Shown here in pieces: positions 1 through 8,864 of a DNA stretch of 32,000 nt. Positions within the stretch are counted from its first letter, which is position 1, and each line of letters begins with the position of its first letter. A program made the translations under genes and the position numbers. The notes below the pieces were generated by a model. That model was not told the DNA's origin and ran no database searches. It worked only from the letters and a program-made list of their open reading frames with translations. Location: assembly GCF_000829315.1 (NCBI RefSeq), contig NZ_AP013028.1:930001-962000 (forward strand), given 5' to 3'. Origin of the DNA: Wolbachia endosymbiont of Cimex lectularius (lineage in GTDB: Bacteria > Pseudomonadota > Alphaproteobacteria > Rickettsiales > Anaplasmataceae).

Positions 1-1043
1 TTATTTGGTATTTCCTTTTCTAAACTAATTCCGGTTTCTTTTAATTTGGGTGACAGCATATTCAAACATGAATCTATTATTTTATTCAGGTTAAACTTCA
101 CTTTTTCTACTGTTAAGCTGCTTGCTTCAGCTTTTGACAAATCAAGCACATCATTAATTAAAGTAAGTAAATGTGTTCCTGCATTATATATATCGTTTGC
201 ATACTCCTTATATTGGGCATGATCCATCGAACCTAAAGTTTCATTTTTGATCAACTTTGCAAATCCAATAATAGCATTAAGTGGCGTGCGCAGCTCATGT
301 GTAACGCTTGCAAAAAACTTTAGCTTGTTTGCATTTTCTTGCTCTAACGCCTCTTTCATCTGTTGTAATTCGATATTAGTTTTATGTTGCTTAGCTAGCA
401 CTTGGGTGTTGGAAAAGTGCAAATAAAGCATTATTAGTATTAAAATTACTAATAATAAGCCCATGAACGTTAAAAATAGGCTATATACCATGACATAAGA
501 GTTATTGTGGTTTTGAATGATCTTTAAAAAAAATGATGGCTTAATGTCACTTTCATGAAATATAGGGAAAATAGAAACTAGTTTATTTCCTGTAGTATAA
601 AATATCTCTTGGTTGTTTAGTAACCTATCGATTTCATCGTCTGTAAGTAACTGTTCATAATCATGATCTTGGGTGTTAAAGTGACTGAACATTATTCTAC
701 TATTTTGATCATATAGTATTAAGCTCAAGTTCTTCACTTCGCTAACTGATTGTAATAATTCAGCACGCAGCCTTATCAGTTGGTTTATATAATCAAAGTT
801 CTTGTATTTAATGTGGTGCTTTTCTATTAGTAAGTAGTGATACTTTTTTATTATGCTATTTTCCAGTACACTTTTTAAGCCTATACTTGAGTCACGGTAA
901 GAAGAGAGAAAGTTATTCCTTAGTGAATAATTACAATATATCACACTGAATAAAATCACAAAAATTGATGAGAATAATGCGATAACTTTTGCGTATCTAT
1001 TTTTCTTTAGTGCAGAAAGTGTTAATTTACTTAGTTTATACAT
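1..1043 (-). CDS. Sensor histidine kinase, partial (N-terminal part; C-terminus lies beyond the left window edge)
   Basis: My minus-strand translation from the ATG at 1043-1041 met no stop down to position 1, and the ORF track omits it because it is open-ended. It shows hydrophobic N-terminal segments, then a HisKA phospho-acceptor motif (FFASVTHELRTPLNAIIGFAKL). Confidence 0.75.
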   Translation of the reverse strand, partial: MYKLSKLTLSALKKNRYAKVIALFSSIFVILFSVIYCNYSLRNNFLSSYRDSSIGLKSVLENSIIKKYHYLLIEKHHIKYKNFDYINQLIRLRAELLQSVSEVKNLSLILYDQNSRIMFSHFNTQDHDYEQLLTDDEIDRLLNNQEIFYTTGNKLVSIFPIFHESDIKPSFFLKIIQNHNNSYVMVYSLFLTFMGLLLVILILIMLYLHFSNTQVLAKQHKTNIELQQMKEALEQENANKLKFFASVTHELRTPLNAIIGFAKLIKNETLGSMDHAQYKEYANDIYNAGTHLLTLINDVLDLSKAEASSLTVEKVKFNLNKIIDSCLNMLSPKLKETGISLEKEIPN

Positions 1044-1107
1044 ATCCTTCTCATTGTGAAATAAAGACTTTTATGTTATTAATTAAAATTTAGCATACCA
1101 TACTTTT

Positions 1108-2298
1108 ATGACAATTTCTCCTATCTTGCCAGTTTATTCTCCTATTAATATAAATTTTTCTTATGGCAAAGGTATTTATTTGTATGATGTCAATGGCAAG
1201 TGTTACATAGATTTTCACTCTGGAATAGCCGTTAGCAGCTTAGGTCATGCCAATCCGCAATTAATTAGTGCTCTTAAATTGCAAGGGGAAAAGTTATGGC
1301 ATATATCAAATACCTACAATATACCTGCTGCTAACAACTTTGCAGAAAAACTAAAGGACAACAGCTTTGCTGATACCGTATTTTTCACAAATTCTGGATC
1401 AGAAGCAGTAGAGTGTGGGCTTAAGATTGCTAGGGCCTATCAAAACGGGAAAGGCAGTAAAAATCGCCATAGAATTTTAACATTTCATAGTGCATTTCAT
1501 GGAAGAACATTTTTAACTTGTGCTACAAACGATAGACAGAAATTTTCTGAACTACTGAATCCTTATATTGATTGGTGTGATAACGTCGAGCCCAATATTG
1601 AGAGCGTAAGAAAAGCAATTTCTAATAGTATAGGCGTTATATTGATAGAACCAATACAGGGACAAGGTGGTATTAAAGTAATGAATGAAGTCTTCATGAA
1701 GGAGCTAAGAAAGCTGTGTGATGAAAACGACATATTGCTATTTTTTGATTGTGTACAATGCGGTGCTGGTAGAACAGGAAAGTTATTTGCATATGAACAT
1801 ATAGGAGTAGAACCTGACATATGCGCTCTTGCAAAAGGAATAGGGGTAGGGTTCCCGCTAGGGGCTTGTCTTGCAACTGAAAAGGCTGCTAAGTACATGA
1901 AAGTTGGCATGCACGGTTCCACTTTTGGTGGCAATCCACTTGCAACTTCAGTAGGCAATGCTGTGGTTGATGAATTACTCAGCTCCGGCTTTTTGGAGAA
2001 TATTGAAATTAGAGGCAAGTATTTAAAAAATAAATTAGAAGATCTGGCAAGTAAATTTCCAATGATAGAAGAGGTAAGAGGAAAGGGGCTAATGCTTGGG
2101 ATAAAAGTGAAAATGAATAGCCAAAAGTTTGCAGAAGAGCTAAGTTATCGTGGTTTACTCACTGTTGGAGTAACATCAGATAATGTTGTAAGAATTTTGC
2201 CTCCACTCATCATCACTGAAAAGGAAATCGACGAAGGCATTGAAATTCTGACTCAATATTTATCTGATAACAATTCCCAATGCATAAGGAAAGGATAG
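1108..2298 (+). CDS. argD: Acetylornithine / succinyldiaminopimelate aminotransferase (class III PLP aminotransferase)
   Basis: 396-aa ORF with class III aminotransferase hallmarks (FFTNSGSEAVE, DCVQCGAGRTGK, LAKGIGVGFPLGA with the PLP lysine context, GSTFGGNPLA). Confidence 0.9.
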   Translation: MTISPILPVYSPININFSYGKGIYLYDVNGKCYIDFHSGIAVSSLGHANPQLISALKLQGEKLWHISNTYNIPAANNFAEKLKDNSFADTVFFTNSGSEAVECGLKIARAYQNGKGSKNRHRILTFHSAFHGRTFLTCATNDRQKFSELLNPYIDWCDNVEPNIESVRKAISNSIGVILIEPIQGQGGIKVMNEVFMKELRKLCDENDILLFFDCVQCGAGRTGKLFAYEHIGVEPDICALAKGIGVGFPLGACLATEKAAKYMKVGMHGSTFGGNPLATSVGNAVVDELLSSGFLENIEIRGKYLKNKLEDLASKFPMIEEVRGKGLMLGIKVKMNSQKFAEELSYRGLLTVGVTSDNVVRILPPLIITEKEIDEGIEILTQYLSDNNSQCIRKG

Positions 2299-2322
2299 AC
2301 AACAGTGGAAAAAAGCTACCCA

Positions 2323-2635
2323 ATAGAAACAAAAAAACTACTTGACAAATCTCACCAACCCCATTATTATAGTAGTAAGGTTATTTCTGACTCAAAACTT
2401 GTTTTTGATCTGCAGGCTCAATGACAAAATTCAGTAAAAAACTCAGAGTATTTTTTGGCGGATTGTATCAAATTATAGCGGCTGCATGTCTTTTTCATTT
2501 TTTCTACATTCAGCCAAATCGCGCTTGAACTAAGCGTCAGCAAATTATTATAGCGCCAATTTAAAGTATTATAGAGTCAAAACTCGCCACCACGGGGCTT
2601 CTTTTGCTTTTTTTCTCGCTTGGTAAATTTTTTAA
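2323..2635 (+). repeat. Promoter-bearing intergenic repeat, copy A (homologous to 26388-26853)
   Basis: Shares ATAGAAACAAAAAAACTACTTGACAA..CCATTAT.ATA at its 5' end and ..GCCACCACGGGG(C/T)TTCTTTTGCT(T/G)TTTTTCT.GCTTGGTAAA at its 3' end with the second locus. The middle is diverged but alignable. Confidence 0.6.
2342..2370 (+). promoter_or_regulatory. Near-consensus sigma70-type promoter inside repeat copy A
   Basis: TTGACA (2342-2347), 17-nt spacer, TATTAT (2365-2370). The same arrangement is conserved in copy B. Confidence 0.5.
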
Positions 2636-2695
2636 TATAATTGCAATGCAAGATGAGGCTTGGATTCGTAGGCCAATACATCCAAAACAAAAAGA

Positions 2696-2724
2696 TTGAA
2701 TATTTCTACAGAATTGTGTATAAT
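2696..2724 (+). promoter_or_regulatory. Putative promoter of the Rpn-family gene
   Basis: TTGAAT (2696-2701), 17-nt spacer, TATAAT (2719-2724), about 28 nt upstream of the ATG at 2752. Confidence 0.45.
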
Positions 2725-2751
2725 TTTTAATACTTTTTAAGTAAATTTCTC

Positions 2752-3651
2752 ATGGCTTTATCAAAATTTCTCAATCCAAAATTGGACTTAACCTTCAAGA
2801 AAATCTTTGGCACTGAGAAAAACAAGAACATTCTTATCCATTTTTTCAATGATATCTTAGGATTTACTGGAATAGATACTATACAAGAAGTTGAGTTTCT
2901 TAGCACCTATATGGATCCTGAAATTGCCTTCGATAAACAGAGTATCGTTGACGTTCTTTGCAAGGATTCTAGAGGGCTTAGGTACGTGATTGAGATGCAG
3001 CTTGCTCGCGATAAAGGCTTCGAAAAACGCGCTCATCTATATGCAGCTAAAGCTTATTCAAGGCAGGTTGGGAAAGGTGGCAAGTACATCGATTTAAAGA
3101 CAGTATTCTTTATTGCTATTTCCGATAATGCGATATTTCCTGAGGAAGTTGAGTACATTTCTACTCATAATATACGAGAGGTAAAAACCAATGGACATTA
3201 CTTAAAAGATTTTCAGTTTGTTTTTATTGAGTTGCCTAAATTCGCAAAAAACAGAGTGGAGGAACTAGAGAGCATAATAGAAAGGTGGTGTTTCTTTTTC
3301 AAGTATGCAGAGGATACTACAGATGAAGACTTAAGGAATATAGCAGAAAAATCACCAATAATAAAGCTAGCGTATGATGAGTTAGACAAGTTTCGCTGGA
3401 ATGAGAAAGATCTAATAGCATATGAAGAAAGATTAATGGACCTACGCAAAGAAGAAGGCATCCTCGCTCAAAAACTTGATGATGCTACTGAAAAAGGCAG
3501 ACAAGAAGGCAGAGCGGAGGGGAGAGAGGAAGGAAAAATTGAAGTGGCAAAGGCAATGCTGGCTGATAATGTTGACGTCAACACTATTGTCAAATTTACC
3601 GGTCTTTCCATTAGTGAAATTGAAAGAATTGCAAGATTAAAAGACACTTAA
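2752..3651 (+). CDS. Rpn-family recombination-promoting nuclease / putative transposase (PD-(D/E)XK, YhgA-like)
   Basis: N-terminal FKKIFG motif, a PD-(D/E)XK-like core (DVLCKD...YVIEMQ), and a C-terminal charged repeat (GRQEGRAEGREEGK) followed by an HTH-like tail. This layout is typical of the TIGR01784/YhgA family. Confidence 0.85.
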   Translation: MALSKFLNPKLDLTFKKIFGTEKNKNILIHFFNDILGFTGIDTIQEVEFLSTYMDPEIAFDKQSIVDVLCKDSRGLRYVIEMQLARDKGFEKRAHLYAAKAYSRQVGKGGKYIDLKTVFFIAISDNAIFPEEVEYISTHNIREVKTNGHYLKDFQFVFIELPKFAKNRVEELESIIERWCFFFKYAEDTTDEDLRNIAEKSPIIKLAYDELDKFRWNEKDLIAYEERLMDLRKEEGILAQKLDDATEKGRQEGRAEGREEGKIEVAKAMLADNVDVNTIVKFTGLSISEIERIARLKDT

Positions 3652-3796
3652 CTTAACGCAATACAGTAAGTGCTAGAATGACGAAAGAAAAGTGCACTAC
3701 TGGTTTCTCATACGGGTATACGAGAATCTAATGATTGGTATAAATAAACGTGCTTTTTTGTTATTAAAGCTTTAACCAAGGCGTTTATAACGTCCA

Positions 3797-4789
3797 TTAA
3801 GCACGATAAAGAAAATCATTTGTAATTGCTATGGCAACCAGCGTTGAAACTTGACGAGCCTTGTGATTTGATAAATAGAGATTTTTATCTGACTTCACAA
3901 CAAGCGCTTCTGGATGACTTTGAAAGTAGATATTACCATGCTTATCTTCAATAGCCTCTATTACCCCATCACTGGAAAATGCTGCAACTTTATATCCTAG
4001 TAACTCTAACTTTTTTCTGTTTTCCGGCGTATTACTTACTGCTCCTGAATGAGCATCTGGAAAACATGTTGAAAACCAGCCATTTTCGTCAGGTGGTAAA
4101 AATTTAGCCACCACCTCTGCTAAACGACTGTTTGGAACAATTTTAATCTGCTGGAGAGGTACACTCTCTTGCTGTGGATTAGGTGCTGATTTTAAATGAG
4201 ATCTTTGCTTCTCTTCATCACTTACAAGATTTGCCACACTCACTACTTCAATTCCTTTTGCATTCATGATACCTTGTAAACCGCCACATATGCCAAGTAA
4301 ATGGATTGTAGGATTATCATCTACTATTTTCACAATTGCTTCAGTAACAAGCTGGCGACAAGGAGTAGGAGGAAAAGGTTCAGAGTGTAAATTATAGTAA
4401 TTTCCTGGAATAAATATCCTATTTATTTTGTGCTCTTTAATAAACTTTGCAACTTCAACTTTTATTCTGTCTAATGTCAGCTTCCTTGCCAATATTTCAT
4501 CTTGTTTTGCAAGATTAAGTGACTCTGCCTGAATTTTTTTAAGGCTAATTATTTTATTATAATCAATTAGTACAGTTTTGACTCCCCAATTATTAAACAT
4601 CTCGTAGATATTTTGAGATAAGCCAATCTCATGTGGATATGTTTCTTCTTCTGTTTTCAATAAACCAACAACTATGTCACCATTTATTGAATGCAAATTT
4701 TCACTAGTGCCTGCATAAGCAATGCTGCTAAATAACAGAATTACACTTAATAAGATATTAAATACTTTATTATAATATCTATACAACAT
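3797..4789 (-). CDS. Secreted class I glutamine amidotransferase-like hydrolase (peptidase C26 / gamma-glutamyl hydrolase-like)
   Basis: N-terminal signal-like segment (ILLSVILLFSSIAYA), a nucleophile elbow LLGICGGLQG and a FQSHPE His-Glu motif, consistent with a Cys-His-Glu GATase-type triad. Confidence 0.6.
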   Translation of the reverse strand: MLYRYYNKVFNILLSVILLFSSIAYAGTSENLHSINGDIVVGLLKTEEETYPHEIGLSQNIYEMFNNWGVKTVLIDYNKIISLKKIQAESLNLAKQDEILARKLTLDRIKVEVAKFIKEHKINRIFIPGNYYNLHSEPFPPTPCRQLVTEAIVKIVDDNPTIHLLGICGGLQGIMNAKGIEVVSVANLVSDEEKQRSHLKSAPNPQQESVPLQQIKIVPNSRLAEVVAKFLPPDENGWFSTCFPDAHSGAVSNTPENRKKLELLGYKVAAFSSDGVIEAIEDKHGNIYFQSHPEALVVKSDKNLYLSNHKARQVSTLVAIAITNDFLYRA

Positions 4790-4877
4790 AATTTACTACA
4801 CTAATATTCATGTAAATATCATAACACATAATAGAGTATTTTGCAACAAGAAGGTAAATTTATTAAGGAAGGGAAAG

Positions 4878-4950
4878 TGGCCTGAGCAGGAATCGAACCA
4901 GCGACACAAGGATTTTCAGTCCTTTGCTCTACCAACTGAGCTATCAGGCC
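4878..4950 (-). tRNA. tRNA-Phe (anticodon GAA)
   Basis: The reverse complement folds as a cloverleaf: acceptor GGCCTGA/TCAGGCC, anticodon stem AAGGA/TCCTT with loop CTGAAAA, T-arm GGTTCGATTCC. CCA is not encoded. Confidence 0.9.
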
Positions 4951-5031
4951 AACCATATGCTTTCATTTTTAGATAAAAAATGTTATTATGTCTATCAAAA
5001 GTTTTTAAAGTAATTTATATAAAAATAAAGG

Positions 5032-5538
5032 ATGAGCATTAATAACAGAATAGGAATTTACCCTGGAACATTTGACCCTATAACCTTTGGACATATTGAC
5101 ATAATAAAAAGAGCATGTAAACTAGTTGATAAATTAATAATTGGTGTTGCAGAAAATGTTAATAAGTACACTGCCTTTGACGTAAAGTTGCGCACAAGCA
5201 TGGCTAAAAATGAAATTAAAAAACTAGGAATTGGCGCAGATGTTGTATCTTTTAATGGGCTGTTAATGAAGTTTGCTAAAGAGCAGAATGCCTCTGTCAT
5301 TATTAGAGGACTCAGAGCAGTATCGGATTTTGATTATGAGTTTCAAATGAGTTGGGTAAATTATAAACTTCTTCCTGAAATTGAAACCATATTTCTTCCT
5401 GCCTCTGAGGATACCCAATTTATTTCATCAAGTTTTGTAAAAGAAATAGCAAGATTAGGGGAAAGTGTTAGCAAATTTGTGCCAGAGGGCGTTCAGAAGG
5501 AATTGATTAATCTAAGCAGGATAAGAAGTGAAGAATAA
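5032..5538 (+). CDS. coaD: Phosphopantetheine adenylyltransferase
   Basis: 168-aa ORF with the nucleotidyltransferase motif GIYPGTFDPITFGHIDII and a conserved ISSSFVKEI region. Confidence 0.9.
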   Translation: MSINNRIGIYPGTFDPITFGHIDIIKRACKLVDKLIIGVAENVNKYTAFDVKLRTSMAKNEIKKLGIGADVVSFNGLLMKFAKEQNASVIIRGLRAVSDFDYEFQMSWVNYKLLPEIETIFLPASEDTQFISSSFVKEIARLGESVSKFVPEGVQKELINLSRIRSEE

Positions 5539-5603
5539 TGTTTATTTTCTATTCCCAAACATGTATATTCAATACATAAAACATTATAAACTAAAGGAGC
5601 AAT

Positions 5604-5858
5604 ATGACAGTGAGGGATAATGATATAATAATTTGTTGTCGTGGTGATGAGGACGATGATGGTTCTGGTCATCCATTAATATACTTGTATAAAGAAGGAA
5701 GCGAAACATTCTGTCCTTATTGTAATAAGCCAATGAATGAAGAATTTAAATATGAAGAGTCTGAAGAATCTGAAAGATTTAAATCCAACGAAGAATCTAA
5801 ATCTGTTGAAGGGTGCATTGTGAAAGCAGTTAATGAAAAGAAGAGAACCCATGGATGA
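5604..5858 (+). CDS. Zinc-finger (CHCC-type) domain protein with acidic C-terminal tail
   Basis: The pattern C-x-G...GHP...Y...CPYC matches small zf-CHCC proteins common in alpha-proteobacteria. GGAG lies upstream of the ATG. Confidence 0.6.
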   Translation: MTVRDNDIIICCRGDEDDDGSGHPLIYLYKEGSETFCPYCNKPMNEEFKYEESEESERFKSNEESKSVEGCIVKAVNEKKRTHG

Positions 5859-5880
5859 AATAACACTTCATTCTTTTTAG

Positions 5881-6507
5881 CTAGCTTATATAGATTGCAA
5901 TAAGGGGAGCAGTGAAAATGAAACTGTCCATACGATCGAGTACTCCTCCATGGCCAGGTATCATACTTCCACTATCTTTAACATTGTAAACTCTTTTAAT
6001 GAGTGATTCAGTGAAATCACCAAGTTGTGCTAAAGTAGCAATTGCGAGGCCAATTATTGGAGAATAAAAGACTGAAAATAAACCTAAAAATATTGATCCG
6101 AAAATTGTACACACTATTCCAGCTAGGATTGCACCAAGAAGTCCTGACCAAGTTTTTCCGGGGCTAATAATTGGACAAATTTTAGCTCCACTAAAATTCT
6201 TACCAAATAGGTAGGCAGTGATATCAATGCTCCAAATGGTTAAGATGAGCCATACTAATGTATATTTTCCCTGCGGCAGGTTATATAGGTATATCAATGA
6301 GGCATTTGGTAGCGCAATCAATAGTAATGCGAAAACGTATAAGATTCTGTTCCCCCGAGTTAGGTTATACCATTCAAAAGAAGATAAAACTGCTATCGAA
6401 AAAATTAGTAGATAAAACGATAAATCGCTGAAATATGTAGCAAAAGAGAATATAAGCAATATTACTATTGAAGACAGTATTCTAATCACAAAATTATTAT
6501 CTGCCAT
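5881..6507 (-). CDS. cdsA: Phosphatidate cytidylyltransferase
   Basis: Polytopic membrane ORF with the CdsA signature SLIKRVYNVKDSGSMIPGHGGVLDRMDS. It overlaps uppS by 11 nt. Confidence 0.85.
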   Translation of the reverse strand: MADNNFVIRILSSIVILLIFSFATYFSDLSFYLLIFSIAVLSSFEWYNLTRGNRILYVFALLLIALPNASLIYLYNLPQGKYTLVWLILTIWSIDITAYLFGKNFSGAKICPIISPGKTWSGLLGAILAGIVCTIFGSIFLGLFSVFYSPIIGLAIATLAQLGDFTESLIKRVYNVKDSGSMIPGHGGVLDRMDSFIFTAPLIAIYIS

Positions 6508-7192
6508 ATCTTTTTTCTCTTTTCGTATAATCTTCTAATGCTTTACCCAAATCTTGACAAGAAAAATCAGGCCACAAAGTATCACAAAAATATAATTCAG
6601 CGTAAGCTGCTTGCCACAATAAAAAGTTACTTAACCTTTTTTCACCGCCAGTGCGAATCAACAAATCCAACTTCGGCAAATCTTTAGTATATAGAAATTT
6701 TTCAAATTCGTCTTCTGATACATGAGCAATATTTTCTTTCATAATGTTGCTTACAGCATGTATAATTTCTTGCTTTGCTCCGTAGCTGACCGCTACAGTA
6801 AGTAATAAACCATCGTTCTTATGTGTTATTTCCTCTGCTTTTTTAATTTGATCAAGTATTTTTTTTGGTAACAAACTTAAATTACCGATAAAACTCAACT
6901 TAATATTATGATTGCAAATGAAATTGATTTTATCCTCGTCAGTTAGAACAGAGTAAAATAAACCAAATAGATGGTCAGTTTCTTCTTTAGGCCTAAGCCA
7001 ATTCTCCATGGAAAATGCGTACAAAGTCAAATAGGGTATGGCTAGGGTTGTGCAATGCTTAGCAATGTCATATGCAACCTCACTGCCCTTTCTATAACCA
7101 TCAATTTTTATCTTCCCTTGGTTGTTTGCCCACCGACCATTGCCATCCATAATGATTGCTAAGTGTTTTGGTAGAGACTCAAGATTCAACAT
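6497..7192 (-). CDS. uppS: Isoprenyl transferase (undecaprenyl diphosphate synthase)
   Basis: HLAIIMDGNGRWA and RTGGEKRLSNFLLWQAAYAELYF motifs. Confidence 0.9.
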   Translation of the reverse strand: MLNLESLPKHLAIIMDGNGRWANNQGKIKIDGYRKGSEVAYDIAKHCTTLAIPYLTLYAFSMENWLRPKEETDHLFGLFYSVLTDEDKINFICNHNIKLSFIGNLSLLPKKILDQIKKAEEITHKNDGLLLTVAVSYGAKQEIIHAVSNIMKENIAHVSEDEFEKFLYTKDLPKLDLLIRTGGEKRLSNFLLWQAAYAELYFCDTLWPDFSCQDLGKALEDYTKREKRYGR

Positions 7193-7198
7193 TTAGAG

Positions 7199-7503
7199 TT
7201 CACCCGATGTCATAAAAGTAACTGACACACAGCTATACGAACATTGTACTACCAGGAGGGTGTCATTCCAGTGCCCCGACACTGGAATCCAGAAATTTGA
7301 TTGCAAGTGAGCACACTGAGCTGATAAGCATAAAAATAGCTGTCTTATGCTAAAACAAACGTCTTTGACGAGATTGTATGAAAAGCTGGATCCCAGTGTC
7401 AAGCACTGGGATGACACCTTTGTTTTTGAGGCAAAAACGGCTAACACACTGCCTCCGCGGACAAATGTTCGTACAGTTGCGTGTCAGCTACTCGGATGAT
7501 ATC
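7199..7503. repeat. MITE-like palindromic repeat element (copy 1) in the uppS-frr spacer
   Basis: Imperfect terminal inverted repeats (7218-7245 vs reverse complement of 7464-7491, 24 of 28 matches by eye). Two internal perfect 9-bp-stem hairpins (7265-7288 and 7390-7412). The core 7280-7406 recurs at 15879-15998. Confidence 0.7.
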
Positions 7504-7554
7504 TTTGCATGTAATTCGTTTTTTTTTACTATTGAAGGCTTCTTTCATATCAAC

Positions 7555-8112
7555 TTAGTGATTCAGTATATCTTTTTCTTTAATAGATAACTCGCTATCA
7601 ATCTTTTTGATATTATCATCAGTAATATTCTGTATTTCCTTTTTAGCACTATGAAGATCATCTTCTGAGATTTCTTTACTTTCCTGCATTTTCTCTATTT
7701 CTTCCATAATATCTCTACGTATATTTCTAATGGCAACTCGCGCATTTTCAGCAAACTGGTGCAATAATTTCACTAATCTTTCACGGGTTTCTTGCGTTAA
7801 ATCTGGAAGGGTTATACGTATAGTATTACCTTCGACGACAGGATTTAAATTTAGGTTGGCATTCAATATAGCATTCTTTACTTCACCTATAACGCTAATG
7901 TCCCAAACTTTAATTGATAATGTTTTATTGTCCGTAACTGAAACACCGGCAACTTGATTCAGTTTTTGATGTCCGCCATAGATATTTACAACTATGCCAT
8001 CAAGTAATGATGCACTAGCTCTATCGGTGCGTATACCTTTAATATCATCATGAAAGGACTGAATAGTTTTTAGCATCTTTTCTTTTGTTTTAGTTTTTAC
8101 TTCATTCAACAT
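7555..8112 (-). CDS. frr: Ribosome recycling factor
   Basis: 185-aa ORF with typical RRF sequence (IRTDRASASLLDGI..., LPDLTQETRERLVK, RNIRRD). Confidence 0.95.
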   Translation of the reverse strand: MLNEVKTKTKEKMLKTIQSFHDDIKGIRTDRASASLLDGIVVNIYGGHQKLNQVAGVSVTDNKTLSIKVWDISVIGEVKNAILNANLNLNPVVEGNTIRITLPDLTQETRERLVKLLHQFAENARVAIRNIRRDIMEEIEKMQESKEISEDDLHSAKKEIQNITDDNIKKIDSELSIKEKDILNH

Positions 8113-8122
8113 AAATTACCTA

Positions 8123-8860
8123 TCATTTATAATCTGAAACTATAGTATAAGTACCACGACCCTTAACAATATTGACTATTTTTTCTTTTTTCAAAGAAAA
8201 AACTATAATTGGAACGGAATTCTCACGTGCAAGTGAGATCGCTGACGCATCCATAACTTTTAAATCACGAGTCAACAAATCCATGTAAGAAAGCTTATCA
8301 TACATTACAGCATCCTCATTTTTTTTTGGATCAGCGGAGTATACACCATTTACTTGTGTACCTTTCAAAATAACATCACAATTCGTTTCAACAGCACGTA
8401 AAGCTGCAGCTGTATCTGTAGTAAAAAATGGATTACCTGTACCTGCCGCAAAGATTACTACTCTACCTTTTTCTAAATGAAGAATGGCTTTTCTCCTGAT
8501 ATAAGGTTCGCATATAGTGGCCATGGGTATTGCAGATAGCACCCTAGAGTCTACTAAATTTTTCTCTAAAAAATTTTGTAAAATCAAAGCATTAATTATA
8601 GTTGCAAGCATTCCAATATAATCACTGCTTGCTCTTTCACGACCGCTTAAAGATGCAGATGCGCCACGAAAGATATTACCACCACCAACAACAATACATA
8701 TCTGAACCCCAAGCTTGTGGACATTAGCTACATCTTTGCACAATTGATCTATAACCTCCATATCATGACCATAAGGCCGTGATCCCATCAAAGCCTCACC
8801 AGAGATTTTAAATAACACCCTGTAGTATTTTATTTCATCTGTTGAGGCAGTCATTTTCAA
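8123..8860 (-). CDS. pyrH: UMP kinase
   Basis: [17 protein letters not shown] and [20 protein letters not shown] motifs. Confidence 0.95.
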   Translation of the reverse strand: MKMTASTDEIKYYRVLFKISGEALMGSRPYGHDMEVIDQLCKDVANVHKLGVQICIVVGGGNIFRGASASLSGRERASSDYIGMLATIINALILQNFLEKNLVDSRVLSAIPMATICEPYIRRKAILHLEKGRVVIFAAGTGNPFFTTDTAAALRAVETNCDVILKGTQVNGVYSADPKKNEDAVMYDKLSYMDLLTRDLKVMDASAISLARENSVPIIVFSLKKEKIVNIVKGRGTYTIVSDYK

Positions 8861-8864
8861 CTAC

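Noticed and set aside
1563-2018. Antisense or overlapping ORFs inside well-supported genes (for example 1563-2018, 3213-3461, 5058-5300, 9508-9765, 15345-15641, 18350-18682, 25613-25897, 27331-27822, 29358-29612, 31047-31292)
   Set aside because: Each overlaps a strongly supported CDS on the opposite strand or in another frame and has no motif or translation signals. These are typical shadow ORFs.
2421-2528. 35-codon hydrophobic ORF in repeat copy A as a type I toxin-like peptide
   Set aside because: The RBS is weak. In the homologous position of copy B the ATG is ACG and the downstream peptide sequence and length are not conserved. I keep it only as a minor alternative under the ncRNA finding.
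7193-7590. ORFs 7193-7447 (minus strand) and 7378-7590 (plus strand) in the frr-uppS spacer, and similarly ORF 15957-16145
   Set aside because: All are contained in MITE-like repeat sequence. Their peptides are low-complexity translations of hairpin arms (for example WIPVSSTGMTP).
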